From NCBI GenBank assembly GCA_963796965.1, contig CAWCNS010000007.1, positions 256,001 through 320,000 of the forward strand: a stretch of 64,000 nt of DNA. Reading direction: 5' to 3'. A program made the position numbers and the translations under genes. This document shows, one piece after another, positions 20,529 to 32,413 of the stretch. Numbering within the stretch: position 1 is the first letter of the stretch; each line of letters begins with the position of its first letter. Source of the DNA: Calditrichia bacterium. Its GTDB lineage: Bacteria; Calditrichota; Calditrichia; JAJRVZ01. The notes beneath the pieces were generated by a model. That model saw nothing but the letters and a program-made list of their open reading frames with translations, was not told where the DNA came from and ran no database searches.

Positions 20529-21742
20529 TGGAAATTATAATAAGTTCAATCGGATTGATATTGTCCTTTATTTTTGCTGGATCAGAAACGGCGTATATTT
20601 CAACGAATCCTATCAGGGTAGAGATCTGGATCAGAAAAAATATAAAGTCAGCTGGTTTGGCGAAGAAATATTTCAAGAATCCTGATCTATATCTTTCAAC
20701 AACCCTTGTGGGTAATAATCTGGCCAATGTGTTAACAACCTCTTATGCCACCGTATATCTTATAACATTTTGGGACGAAACCCTGGCGTGGATCGTGATT
20801 ACTTTTACAATTCTCCTTTTTGGGGAAATTGTACCCAAGGTATTATTTCGTTCCTATGCGAATTTTGCTATTTTAAAAGTGCTTTATATCATTAGATTCT
20901 TTCACTTCATATTAAATCCTTTAATTCTCTTTGCTTCACGGGTGAGCACAGCCATTTTAAGAATATTTAAAGTAACCACCGATACAGAGGATATAATATT
21001 TGATAAGAAAGAGATAATGGTACTGGTAAACGAGGCGATTATAGCTGGTGTTGTGGATAAGGAAGAGCAGAAAATTATCTCACGTGTACTTACTTTGCCG
21101 GATACGATGGTCCGTGAGGCCATGGTACCAAGAACAGCTATTGAGGCTATAGAAGAGACAAGTTCTGTGGAAGACTTGTATCAGTTAATTACAAAAACAG
21201 GTAAATCGAAAATTCCTGTTTACAAATCTACCATTGATAACGTAACCGGTGTTATATTTTTCTTCGATCTGTTGCAAAAAGAAAAAAATCTTAAAGATCT
21301 TATCAGGCCTGTCAGATATGTACCTGAAAATAAAAAATGTAATGAACTTTTAAGAGAGTTCCAGCAGACAAATATCAGCATTGCAATTGTGGTAGATGAG
21401 TACGGTGGTACAGCTGGTATTGTTACGTTTGAAGATCTTGTTGAGGAATTATTTGGTGAATTTGATGAGTCAAACAGACAGGAAATTGAACCAATAGTAA
21501 GAGTCAATCAAAATACGTGGAAGATTCAAGCAGATGAAGAAATTGATGTCATAAATGAACAATTGGAAACCAATCTACCGGAAGGGGAATATGAGACGAT
21601 TGCAGGGTTTGTTCTTGCCAGATTAGGCAGAATTCCTGAAAGCGGGGAAAAGATTATCCTCAAGGATTGTACTATTATAGTAACAATCGCCACCCCTATA
21701 AAAATTATCCAGGTGCGTTTAGTAAAAAAGCTGATTGAATAA
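20528..21742 (+). CDS. CNNM/CBS/CorC hemolysin-family transporter
   Basis: FAGSETA, LVGNNLAN, GEIVPK, VVDEYGGTAGIVTFEDLVEE, YETIAG. Confidence 0.92.
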   Translation: MEIIISSIGLILSFIFAGSETAYISTNPIRVEIWIRKNIKSAGLAKKYFKNPDLYLSTTLVGNNLANVLTTSYATVYLITFWDETLAWIVITFTILLFGEIVPKVLFRSYANFAILKVLYIIRFFHFILNPLILFASRVSTAILRIFKVTTDTEDIIFDKKEIMVLVNEAIIAGVVDKEEQKIISRVLTLPDTMVREAMVPRTAIEAIEETSSVEDLYQLITKTGKSKIPVYKSTIDNVTGVIFFFDLLQKEKNLKDLIRPVRYVPENKKCNELLREFQQTNISIAIVVDEYGGTAGIVTFEDLVEELFGEFDESNRQEIEPIVRVNQNTWKIQADEEIDVINEQLETNLPEGEYETIAGFVLARLGRIPESGEKIILKDCTIIVTIATPIKIIQVRLVKKLIE

Positions 21743-21822
21743 ATCATTGAAAATAATATGAGGACATCTTAAGTTAAATTAATTAGACAAAGCAGTGACA
21801 CTACAACAAGTGGAGAATATAA

Positions 21823-22510
21823 ATGTACAAAGATCTTTTGACCATATTTAAAAAGGATGATTTGCTGGATATGGCCTATGACCGAACCTATGACATGATA
21901 GAAATTACCCGGAAAATGTTTTTAGAAGTAAAGGCTCGCTTACGAGAGGATAAAAATTATAAATTTAGTCTTTGATGTCAAAGATCGGGATATTGCAGTA
22001 AATAAGTATGAAAGGGAGGTGCGGCGGAAAGTATTTAATCATTTATGTGTCTCAGGCGTGGAGGACCTAAATTCAGGATTAATTCTTATAAGTATTATTA
22101 TCGATATTGAAAGAATTGGTGATTACACAAAGAACATGGTTGAACTCGCTGAATCTTTGGATTCATGCCTCACGGGGGGGAAATTTAAGGACGATATATT
22201 TAAAATTGAAAATGCAGTTGAAGATACCTTTAAAAGGATTCGCATCGCATTTGAGCTTGGTGATGAGAAAGATGCCGAGGCTATCCTTACAGAGTATAAT
22301 TGGGTAAATAGACTCTGTGACCAACGCGTCAATGATTATTTAAACGAAAATGATAATACAATAAGCAGTGGGGAGAGTGTGGCCCTCACATTGTATTTTA
22401 GATATCTTAAGAGAATCAATTCTCATTTGAGAAATATCGCGACCAGTGTTGTCAATCCATTTCATAGAATAGGATTTAGTGTAAAACCTAAAAAGAAAAA
22501 TAAGCTTTAA
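21823..22510 (+). CDS. PhoU-domain protein (frameshift near 21970)
   Basis: DIAVNKYEREVRRKV, DIERIGDYTKN, RYLKRINSHLRNIA; precedes a Na/Pi symporter. Confidence 0.8.
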
Positions 22511-22657
22511 AAAAAGTGTATTGGCTCGATAAAGACTTCACTTAAAAAATTTATAACTCAGGTTCAAATTTAAAAAATATACATGCTTATTTTTCCTGGA
22601 TGATGCTTTGAGAGTAACGCGGCTAAAGATATATAAAAATAAATCTAAAGGTATGCA

Positions 22658-23761
22658 ATGACCGATAAATTTACTTTTGAAAATGAAAAAGTTAAAGTAG
22701 TGCTTCAGATAGTTCAATTGTTGTTCTTTCTTTATCTCTTTCTTTTAAGTATAAATCTAATGGGGGGCTCTCTAAAACTTTTTGGCGAAGGGCTTGCAGA
22801 GACACTCATTTCGACAACGTCGAATCCATTTGTTGGTTTATTTATTGGGATCCTGGCAACCTCACTTATTCAAAGTTCATCTTCTACGACATCTATCGTT
22901 GTGGGAATGGTTGGTGCTAGTGTTTTAAGCGTTGAGAATGCGATACCTATTGTTATGGGAGCAAATATTGGTACATCTGTAACAAATACCATTGTATCGA
23001 TGGCTCATTTAAACAGAAGTAATGAATTTAAACGATCCTTTGCCGCTTCAACCGTTCATGATTTTTTTAATGTGTTGGCGGTACTGGTTATCTTTCCCAT
23101 CCAATACTTCACAGATTATTTGGGTATTATTTCTAGACATTTAGCAGAAGTATTCCAGAATGTTGGGGGGATGACGCTTTTTAATCCGATCAAAGCCATC
23201 ACAAAACCGGTGGTGACCTTGATAATATCCTGGGTTGGAGATTATCCCTGGCTGGTTTTGATTATCGCCCTCGTTCTGTTATTTATTGCCCTCAAGAAAA
23301 TGGTCGATACCTTACGTGTTCTTATTATAAAGCGGGCTGAGGTTTGGTTCGATAAGGTACTATTTAAAAATGCCTTTCGAGCCTTTGTCGTAGGATTGGT
23401 CATGACCTTTCTGGCCCAGAGTAGTTCAATTACCACCAGTCTTGTTGTTCCTATGGCAGGTGCCGGAATTTTGACACTCATTCAGATATTTCCCTATACC
23501 CTTGGAGCCAATATTGGAACTACGATAACCGCGATGTTAGCCTCGCTGGTGACAGGTAACCTAAGTGCAGTCGTTGTAGCTTTTGCCCATTTAATGTTCA
23601 ATATATCCGGTATACTTATCTGGTGGCCATTTTCGCAATTACCCATATATCTGGCAAATACGTTAGCAGAATTTTCAATCCGGAATAAACTATATCCCTT
23701 TGCCTATATAATAATAGTCTTTTTTATCATCCCCTTAATCGTAATTATAGCGTTTAGATGA
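22658..23761 (+). CDS. Na/Pi cotransporter (NptA-like)
   Basis: Two QSSS...GANIGT repeats. Confidence 0.92.
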   Translation: MTDKFTFENEKVKVVLQIVQLLFFLYLFLLSINLMGGSLKLFGEGLAETLISTTSNPFVGLFIGILATSLIQSSSSTTSIVVGMVGASVLSVENAIPIVMGANIGTSVTNTIVSMAHLNRSNEFKRSFAASTVHDFFNVLAVLVIFPIQYFTDYLGIISRHLAEVFQNVGGMTLFNPIKAITKPVVTLIISWVGDYPWLVLIIALVLLFIALKKMVDTLRVLIIKRAEVWFDKVLFKNAFRAFVVGLVMTFLAQSSSITTSLVVPMAGAGILTLIQIFPYTLGANIGTTITAMLASLVTGNLSAVVVAFAHLMFNISGILIWWPFSQLPIYLANTLAEFSIRNKLYPFAYIIIVFFIIPLIVIIAFR

Positions 23762-23802
23762 ATTGTGATATAACAGTTCTATAATTCAGTTTGTTGATCT
23801 GT

Positions 23803-23848
23803 AGAATTCCTCGAGGTTCTGCCTCTGGGATAGTCAGTTTTAAAGAAT
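23803..23848. repeat. palindromic intergenic repeat (family C), copy 1
   Basis: AGAATTCCTCGAGGTTCTGCCTCTGGGATAGTCAGTTTTAAAGAAT; its two parts recur at 28618-28644 and 28758-28780. Confidence 0.7.
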
Positions 23849-24102
23849 CTCTTTATTTACTCTCGCTATCAAATTTCTCATCTTTAGTCTATTCTTGATC
23901 AGAACTTCATCTCATATTTCAATCATCCCTAGCGGTTTCAGAGATTGATATGTAACATATTTTAGAAATCTTTTTTAGAGTAATGACTAATTTATCAAAA
24001 GGAAAGATCCCTTCGGGATGATACAATGACTGTAAAATGAAATCTAATTATTGAGAATCTATCTAATTCGCGGAGTACATGGGGCCAAATCAAGATTGAT
24101 AT

Positions 24103-24134
24103 AAAAAAGGCCGATAGGAAATTCCTAACGGCCT
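24103..24134 (-). terminator. intrinsic terminator of the PPIase gene
   Basis: AGGCCGATAGGA/TCCTAACGGCCT stem followed by a U6 tail on the minus strand. Confidence 0.7.
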
Positions 24135-24165
24135 CTAAGAAAAGTAAAGACTGATTATGTTAAAC

Positions 24166-25971
24166 TTATAAATTAAACATCTTTCGGTTATCTTCGATAT
24201 CTGCATTTTCTTTTAAATACTCAAACCAATCGGTAAATACCTGGTTTCTTTTAGTACTTAACAATCGTTGCCGGATCATCTCCCGCTGAACATTAAATTG
24301 AGTAGAGTCGAATGGCGTTTTGGCCAAAAGCTCCATCCAATATATACCCCTATTGGTTTCAACCTTTGCCGAGACTTCTCCTTCTTCCAGAGAAAATGCT
24401 GTAGCATTAAAGATATTATCAAGTCCTATACCTTGAGGACTACCGGTAAGGGCAAAATCGGCTGTTGAATCAAAACGAACTATGCCATCTTTATCATTTT
24501 GTGCAATGAGTGATAAAGGTGTGTTTTGATCAACCTGTTCTTGAATATTTACTGCATAATTCCTGGCCTCTTCTTTTCTCTTTTCCGTTTTCAAGCGACT
24601 GACAATGATATTTTTAACTTCCTCAAAAGGACGTGGGCCGGCTGGTTTAATTTCACTTAACTTGAATACAGTAAAACCCTTTTCAGTCTCAATTATACTG
24701 CTTACCGAATTAAGTTCTCCCTGAAAAGCAAAATCATAAATTTGATAATTCCTGCCAAAACCAGGAATGAATTGGTTGTCCTGTGCAATATAATTGGTAG
24801 ACTGCACTTCTATTGAGTCCCGTTCTGTAATAATATCAAATCCTTCTGTTTGTGCGTCTTCAGAGAAAAAGGCTGCTGCAGATTCCTGCCTCTCACGTGT
24901 ACTTGGACCGGCTGTAATTTTCAGAAGTATGTGACTAACCTTTGCCTGCTCTTTTCCGTCTTTATTACGTCGATCCTCAACAAAAATAAGATGTTCACCA
25001 AATTGGGTTGATACAGGACCGGTTAACTCTCCAATTTTCCCACTAAAAGAAGCATCTTCAAATTCCTTTACCATTGCACCACGTTCAAAGTAATCGTAAC
25101 GACCACGGTTGCTTTTAACTGCCGGATCTTCACTGTACTCTTCCGCCAGATCATTAAAGTTTTCACCGGCAGCGAGTCTTTCCTTTATTTCTTCAAATTC
25201 CTGTGCAATTCGTAATGTATCTTTTTTTGTTGGGGTTAGGGGGAATGTTACATATGAAAGCATGCGACTCTCATTTTGTTGAAATTCCGATAAATTTGTA
25301 TCGTAAAAGTCACGTACATCTTCGTCCGCTATTTGTCTTTCCTTATCTATAAATTTCGAATAGGGGACTTCTAAATAAGAAACACGTGCTTTTTGATTTG
25401 TTTTAATGAAGTCTTCTGAGATCTCTATGTCACTCACACGTACAGTTGATGAGATTATATCCTGTAATTTCTGGAAGGGAAGAACTTGCCTGCGGTAATA
25501 GTCTTCGATTTGATACCAGGGAATATCAGGATTAGAAAAAGATGCATAGTATTTATTCCAGTCAAATTGTCCCTCTGTCTGAAAACTTGGATTATTTTTT
25601 ATTTCGTCAAGTGGATAATTTCGGATTTGATAGACAATTTCTGAATCACTGACTGTTATGTTTAAACGCTGCATTTCTTCTTCCAGCAGCACTTGCTGCA
25701 CAAATCTATCCCAAACGGCCGAGCGAATATTTGCCACCTGGCTTTCTGTCAGGTCTTGATTGGAGCGGGATTTTTCTGCTTGGTACAGGTTCTGGAATAA
25801 TTCCGAAAACATTTCATAAGTGAGTTCCTGCCCGTTAACAGAACCTATAATATTCTGTCTCTGACCTTGTCCTGAATAATCCATACCCCATTCAAATACC
25901 ATCAGAGCAATGAACGATACGGCAACGATAACTATAAAGATCTTACTTAATTCACGCATTTTGGACATCAT
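24166..25971 (-). CDS. PpiD/SurA-type membrane-anchored peptidyl-prolyl isomerase
   Basis: N-terminal TM, SurA-like region, FNDLAEEYSEDP, MVKEFEDASF, PVSTQFGEHLI. Confidence 0.88.
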   Translation of the reverse strand: MMSKMRELSKIFIVIVAVSFIALMVFEWGMDYSGQGQRQNIIGSVNGQELTYEMFSELFQNLYQAEKSRSNQDLTESQVANIRSAVWDRFVQQVLLEEEMQRLNITVSDSEIVYQIRNYPLDEIKNNPSFQTEGQFDWNKYYASFSNPDIPWYQIEDYYRRQVLPFQKLQDIISSTVRVSDIEISEDFIKTNQKARVSYLEVPYSKFIDKERQIADEDVRDFYDTNLSEFQQNESRMLSYVTFPLTPTKKDTLRIAQEFEEIKERLAAGENFNDLAEEYSEDPAVKSNRGRYDYFERGAMVKEFEDASFSGKIGELTGPVSTQFGEHLIFVEDRRNKDGKEQAKVSHILLKITAGPSTRERQESAAAFFSEDAQTEGFDIITERDSIEVQSTNYIAQDNQFIPGFGRNYQIYDFAFQGELNSVSSIIETEKGFTVFKLSEIKPAGPRPFEEVKNIIVSRLKTEKRKEEARNYAVNIQEQVDQNTPLSLIAQNDKDGIVRFDSTADFALTGSPQGIGLDNIFNATAFSLEEGEVSAKVETNRGIYWMELLAKTPFDSTQFNVQREMIRQRLLSTKRNQVFTDWFEYLKENADIEDNRKMFNL

Positions 25972-26287
25972 AACGGCAACTTCTCCTTAATAAAACCGTA
26001 AGAGTATTAATTTTTCTTAAAAATATATCTTCTGATTGAAATGCTCTATATTCTGCAAATTTCTAAACTTTTAATTTACAACGTCTAAAGCAGTAATTCA
26101 ACCCTGCCAAATCCTGAAATAGTTTGCCAATAATTTTCCTTTTTACTAATTTTAGATTGAATGAACAATTTGCAAGAAAGTTCATTTGGTTAATTATTAG
26201 TCTGTACCAGTTATAATGAATAAACGGTCTTATTGGCTTTATCGTCTGAACTTTTGTAAAAAAATGATTGGATATGAGATAGAACGA

Positions 26288-27337
26288 ATGGATTCGAACA
26301 AGATAAAAAAAGCCCTTATAATTCAAACTGCTTTTATTGGAGATGTGATACTGACAACACCTGTTATTGAAGTATTGAGCGCAAGCTTGCCGGATGTGGA
26401 AATTGATTTCTTAACTATACCAAGATCTACTACTATTCTTTCAAACAATCCGGGAATACAAAATATAATCAAATTCGATAAAAGGGGTAGAGATAAAAGT
26501 GTTTTGGGATTATGGCGAACCGCAAAAATACTCCAAAAAAATATATATGATCTTTGCATCGTCCCACACAGATCCTTGAGAAGTGCTTTTCTGGCCTATA
26601 TGACCCATGCCACTATTCGGGTTGGATTTGATCGATCTGCCTGGAAATCCGGATTTACTCATCTTGTCCCCTATGATAGTAATATGCATGAGATCGAGAG
26701 AAATCTCTCTTTGCTTCATCCAATCAATATAGATAGTCCGCTGATACCCCCAACTTTATATTCATCAAATGATGATAAATTACTTATACGAAAACTGTGG
26801 GATAGTTTTGGCTTTAAGTCAAGTGACAAAATTATGGCAATCGCTCCGGGATCTGTTTGGTCTACAAAGCGCTGGCCAGAAAAGTATTTTATTGAACTCT
26901 GCCACCTTTTATCCGCTGAAGGTTTTAAGCCTGTTCTTATAGGGAGCAGGGAAGATGAGTCACTCTGTAAAAGGATCAGTAAAACTTCCGGAGGGATTAA
27001 ATCCATTGCTGGCATGACAACATTACCTCAATCATATGAATTCCTATCCTATTGTGCCGGTATTGTAACAAATGATTCTGCTCCACTTCATTTGGGTATG
27101 GCCGCACACATTCCGGTTTTTGCAATCTTTGGCCCCACTGTTCCTGCTTTTGGATTTGCTCCATTTGGAAAGTATTCTGTGATTTTTGAGAAGAAAGATC
27201 TTAAGTGCCGTCCATGCTCTATTCATGGAGGGAATAAATGTCCTATAAAAACCTTTGAGTGTATGTTGTCACTGAAGCCCGACCAGTTAATAAAAAATAT
27301 TCAGGTTTACTTCTCAAATTCGAAAGGAAGAGGTTAA
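26288..27337 (+). CDS. waaF: LPS heptosyltransferase II (GT9)
   Basis: IQTAFIGDVIL, APGSVWSTKRWP, NDSAPLH, FGPT, CRPC. Confidence 0.85.
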   Translation: MDSNKIKKALIIQTAFIGDVILTTPVIEVLSASLPDVEIDFLTIPRSTTILSNNPGIQNIIKFDKRGRDKSVLGLWRTAKILQKNIYDLCIVPHRSLRSAFLAYMTHATIRVGFDRSAWKSGFTHLVPYDSNMHEIERNLSLLHPINIDSPLIPPTLYSSNDDKLLIRKLWDSFGFKSSDKIMAIAPGSVWSTKRWPEKYFIELCHLLSAEGFKPVLIGSREDESLCKRISKTSGGIKSIAGMTTLPQSYEFLSYCAGIVTNDSAPLHLGMAAHIPVFAIFGPTVPAFGFAPFGKYSVIFEKKDLKCRPCSIHGGNKCPIKTFECMLSLKPDQLIKNIQVYFSNSKGRG

Positions 27338-27429
27338 TCTGAAATTTATTGCACAAAGAAATGAATTATAAAAGTTAATTATTAAATTGATCACATATTT
27401 TATACCAGGACATATTGTCTAAAGAAATA

Positions 27430-28612
27430 ATGATTAAAAAAAGTACATTCAAATCTGTAGCTGAGGGGAGAATATCTCAGGTTCAATTCTGATAAACCGA
27501 CCAAAAAAATCCTCATAAAAGCAGTAAAACTATTAGAGGCTGGTGGGATAATCATCTATCCTACAGACACTCTTTACGGTTTCGGAGCCCTTTTAAACAA
27601 TAAGGAGACCCTTGAGAGGGTTTATGAAATAAAAAAGAGAGAAAAAAATAAGCCTTCATCCATTATGGTAAAAGATCGTCATCAGGCTGAGATGATTGTA
27701 GGACGCATGTCTCCGTCAGAGCAAAATAAATTCGATCTAATGTTTCCAGGGAAAATAACTTTAGTTGTGAAAGCACGAAAAAAGATCGATATACCTGGAT
27801 TTGAGGATCTCGAAAAAATAGGATTTAGGATACCGGATAATAATTTCTGCCAGCAATTGGCTATGATGACAACCTATCCCATTAGTTCTTCCAGTGTGAA
27901 CCTTGCCGGGCAGAGAAATTTAATAGATATGCGGGAAATTCGCCGCGAATTTCAGCATAAAGTGGACCTAATACTTGATGGAGGGCCGGTAAAATCAACA
28001 AAGGGCTCATCCGTACTCGATATATCTTCTTCTCCTCCCACATTACTAAGGGAGGGTGAGATTTCTAAAGAGGTACTTGAGAGAATGATCAGTACTAAGA
28101 TAAAAAGTTCATCAAATAGAAAGTACATCATTACTTTTGTGTGCTCAGGCAATATTTGCCGCTCCCCAATGGCCGAAGGTATGTTAAAGCAAAAATTGGA
28201 TAAAGATGTATTGAAGGGGAAAGTTGAGATTAATTCTGCCGGGACATTGAATTTACCCACATCGGTTGCATCATTAAAAGCTATAGAGGTAGCCGCTAAC
28301 CACGATGTAAATATAGAGAACCATCTTTCCAGACCTGTCAGTAGAGCAATTGTAGACCAGGCAAATTTAATTTTTTGCCTGGCTGAAAACCACTATGACT
28401 TCTTTACAAAGAACTATCCAGCCGATAAGGACAAGATCCATTTGTTAAAGGGATATGATAATTCAGGTAATTTTACTGGTCTATCTATCGATGATCCTAT
28501 CGGAAGAAGCACAGATTTTTATCGACAAATCTATGATGAAATTGATAAAGAATTGGATAGAATACTTCCTGGTTTAATGAAAACAATAATTAAGTATGTT
28601 TATCCATTTTAA
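27430..28612 (+). CDS. TsaC/Sua5 threonylcarbamoyl-AMP synthase fused to a low-molecular-weight protein phosphatase (frameshift near 27485)
   Basis: IIIYPTDTLYG, IKKREKNKP, PGKITLV, GFRIPD, SSVNLAG in frame with FVCSGNICRSPMAE, SAGT and IDDPIG. Confidence 0.88.
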
Positions 28613-28617
28613 TCTGA

Positions 28618-28780
28618 AGAATTCCTCGAGGCTCTGCCTCGGGGTTTCCTAATTCTCCATCTCTTTTAGGAGAGGGTTGGGGAGAGGTAAATAAATGGAA
28701 TTCTGTTTTTCGATATTTGTGTCGAAATAAAACTAGCGAAATACCACGATAAGCATCGGGGATAGTCATTTTTAAAGAAT
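28618..28780. repeat. composite intergenic repeat region (family C copy 2 plus a REP-like GGAGAGGGTTGGGGAGAGG element)
   Basis: Shares both ends with 23803-23848; lies between convergent genes. Confidence 0.6.
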
Positions 28781-28798
28781 TTTTTATTTAATTGTGCA

Positions 28799-31181
28799 TT
28801 AATTTACGTCCAATATTGAGCGTACCTTTTCGGCGAGCAGCTTTATTGTGAAGGGTTTTTGTAAAAAGTTATCTTCGTTGCCGATGATTTCATGATCAGT
28901 TATATAGGCCTCTTCATAACCAGAAGTAAATAGGACCTTAATAGAATTAGATATTTTTTCAACATGCTGAGACAATTCTTTCCCGTTCATTCCGGGCATA
29001 ATAAGATCAGTGATGATCAGATCAAACTCATCGGTTTTGGTTTTGGAGGTTTTGCTGTTCTTCACCAGATGCAAGGCGTCAAGACCTGTGGAAGCTTCAA
29101 AAACCGTATAACCGAGGTTTTGTAGTGCAAAACTTGTGAAATACAGAACATCCTTGTCATCTTCAACGACGAGAATATTTTCTACACCTCTTAACTTTTC
29201 ATCATCTGGCATTGCCGTGCTTAGTTCTCCATTCGTCGGCATTTCCTCGTCCACGGAGGGCCAGAATACATTTATTGTTGTGCCTAGATCCAGCTGACTG
29301 TCCACTGAGACAAATCCATTATTCTGTTTTAAAATACCATAAACTGTGGCCATCCCTAATCCCGTCCCATGACCTTTCTCCTTGGTCGTATAAAAGGGTT
29401 CAAATATTTTATCAATAGTTGCCCTGTCCATCCCTATACCGCTATCATAAACACTGATCAAAATATAATTTCCCGGTTTACTCTCAGGAAATTGTTCCAA
29501 ATCTTTCTCTGTGATATTAGATGGACGTGTACAAATTACGATCTTTTTCTCTCCCGGAGATTTTTTTGATCGTGCACTGATGGCATCTCGGGCATTGACA
29601 ACCAGGTTTATTAAAATTTGTTCAATTTGACCAGGGTCGGCCTTCATATGCAAAAGCTGAGGATATAAATCCTTGATTATTCTTATATCTTCACGAATAA
29701 GTCTTCGCAGCATTTTGTCAAGATCTGATATAAGAATATTTATATCTATTATTTTAGGATTAATTATCTGTTTGCGGCTAAATGCTAATAATTTTCTGGT
29801 TAATTCTTCCGCCTTCTTACCTGCGCCATGTATGGATCTTAAATCTCTGTAAATCGGATGATTTTCTTCCATTTTTCTTAGTGCAATTTCAGATAAACCG
29901 TTGATTATCGTTAGCAAATTATTGAAATCATGGGCAATTCCTCCGGCCAGTGTACCGATGGAATCCATTTTCTGTGATTGATGTAATTGATCTTCTAGCC
30001 TCTTACGGGCACTCATATCTCGCGCATAAACGAGACACATGGCAGGTCCTGATGATTTTTCAACTATCGAAGAACTTACCTCAAAGGGGATATAGGCGCC
30101 ATCGCTATCTACAAGGTTAATATTATACAGCACCATTTCAGAGAAGCCTGATTTTCTAATTTTTTGTCTCTCAAGAATATCCGACTTATTTTCAGGAGAT
30201 ACGAATTCTATCACTGAGTGCCCCAAAAGATCGTCTTCTTTGAAGCCAAGGCAATTCAAAGCAGCTTGATTAACATAGTGAATGATCCCTTGAAGATCAT
30301 GAAGTATGATAATATCCTGTGCGGTCTCTGCAAGGATTCGATATTTTTCTTCACTCTCTATAAGAGCTTCCTCGACCTTCTTTCGTTCACTTATATCTTC
30401 AACAATTCCATCAATATGATCAATCTTACCGTTATCATTTTTAATTGCTTTAACATTTAGCGATGCCCACAAGGGCGTACCATCCTTCTTGAGCAATTGT
30501 ACCTCAAAATTTGTTACAGAACCTTCCTTCTTGAGCCGTTTCCAGAGTTCTATTCTGTCATTTTTATTATAATAAAGGTCAGGAGCAGAAAGATTCAGGA
30601 TTTCAATTCGTGATTGATAACCTAAGATTGTAACAAATGCGCTGTTGACAGCAAGGATTTTGCCATTCTGATTTGCGCGGTAAATACCCAGTGGCAAATT
30701 CTCCTGAAGATTACGATATCTTTCTTCACTGGACTGGATGGCAGCTGAAACACGCTTTTTTTCGCTGATATCTCTGACAATGGCTATGACAAACATATGT
30801 CCAGCGGATTTTCCAGCAGAGAGTGAGATTGACATTGGGAAAACTTCGCCATTTGAGCGTTTTCCCGGTAACTCCAGCACTTGCCCCAGGGCGCCCCTGG
30901 ATTGACCGGAAGAGAAATAATGGCTGATATATTTTCGATGTTTTTTCCTGTATGATTCAGGCATTAAGTCTGTCGAGGGGATGCCCGAAAAGGTCTGTTG
31001 CTTTTTGACCAAACATATTCTCTGCAGCAGGATTAAAAAGAAAAATAGTTCCATCTTCCCTGATAGCAATAACGGCATCATTGGTGCTGTTGATTAATCT
31101 TTGAAATAACGCCTCGTTATTCCAAAGATCATTATTCCGTCTTTCTGGTTTCCGTCTCTCGGAATGAACGATTTTATTCAT
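28799..31181 (-). CDS. hybrid sensor histidine kinase, 3 PAS + HisKA + HATPase + REC (frameshift near 30985)
   Basis: GIAHDFNNLL, QILINLVVNARDA, DSGIGM, FEPFYTTK, GTGLG, receiver TDLIMPGMNG; N-terminus lies in ORF 30957..31181. Confidence 0.93.
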
Positions 31182-31483
31182 AGTTAGGCAAAAACATTAG
31201 AATTGAGATAAACATTTTAAAGATTATTATCTTGTCATATTTTTTCAAAACGGATTTTAATAAACCCATGGATTCAACCCTGAAAAATTACTAATTGAAT
31301 GTGAAGATGCAAGTAATATCTTTAATATTTTGTTGACTAAATCCGGATTGTTTAAAAATAAGAATATATTAAATCTATTGAGTTCCGGTATTATTTAAAC
31401 TCTTCTCGTTCATCAAAAAGTCTGGAACAATTTTATTTTTAATAAATTTAAAAGTATATTTAGAATAAAAAAAATGAGGTTAT

Positions 31484-32413
31484 ATGTTAAAACCCTTATT
31501 TATATTGTTTATTTTTCTATTCGCGGCAATTTTTAATACGGATTCAACTAAGATTTCTATTGTACATGATTCTCTTCAGGCACCTGATGAGAATTTACTT
31601 GTAAAAAGTACCACAGACTCATCACAATCTGACGATTCTCTTTTTATCCCAATATCGGAAGCTGAATTGGTATATCCTAGTGTGGAGAATAATGCCTTTC
31701 ATGTTGGCGAGAAACTAACATTTAAAGTCCGTTATGGCTTTGTTCGTGCCGGAACAGCAACAATGTCCGTTGTTAGTAAAAAAATTATTAATGATAAATT
31801 GGTCTACCAAATTCAAACAACAGCCGAATCAGACGCGCCTTTCAGTTGGGTTTACGAAGTTAATGATGTTGTTACTAGCCTTATGGACGCCAAAGGATTG
31901 TTTACCTGGCGATTTGAGAAGAAATTGCGTGAAGGTGGATATGAGATTGATCATCTTGTGGACTATCTACCGGAAGATTCATTGGCGAAGGTTAAAAACA
32001 TTCGGTATCGGGATGAGGGAAATGAAGAAAGCACCTATGATGTAAAAGTGCCTCCATTTGCAAAAGATGTTCTCGCCTCATTTTATTATATAAGAACACA
32101 ACCTCTGCGCGTTGGTGACATAATCAGTATGACAAATCACGACAACAAAAAATTTTATGATCTTGAAGTACATGTCTATATGCGTGAAACGGTCAATACG
32201 GCTGCTGGTGAATTTAAATGTCTTAAAATAGAACCCCTGTTAAAAGGTGAGGGAATTTTTCAGCAAAAAGGCAGATTGCTTGTTTGGGTGACAAATGATG
32301 AGTATAAAATACCTGTTCAAATGACCTCCGAGATAACTGTTGGGCATATTACAGTCGATTTAGAGAAGATTGAAGGTATCAAAGGCAAAATCCCCTCACA
32401 AATCTCCGATTAA
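31484..32413 (+). CDS. DUF3108 domain exported protein
   Basis: AFHVGEKLTFKVRYGFVRAG, VNTAAGEFKC, VWVTNDEYKIPV. Confidence 0.8.
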   Translation: MLKPLFILFIFLFAAIFNTDSTKISIVHDSLQAPDENLLVKSTTDSSQSDDSLFIPISEAELVYPSVENNAFHVGEKLTFKVRYGFVRAGTATMSVVSKKIINDKLVYQIQTTAESDAPFSWVYEVNDVVTSLMDAKGLFTWRFEKKLREGGYEIDHLVDYLPEDSLAKVKNIRYRDEGNEESTYDVKVPPFAKDVLASFYYIRTQPLRVGDIISMTNHDNKKFYDLEVHVYMRETVNTAAGEFKCLKIEPLLKGEGIFQQKGRLLVWVTNDEYKIPVQMTSEITVGHITVDLEKIEGIKGKIPSQISD

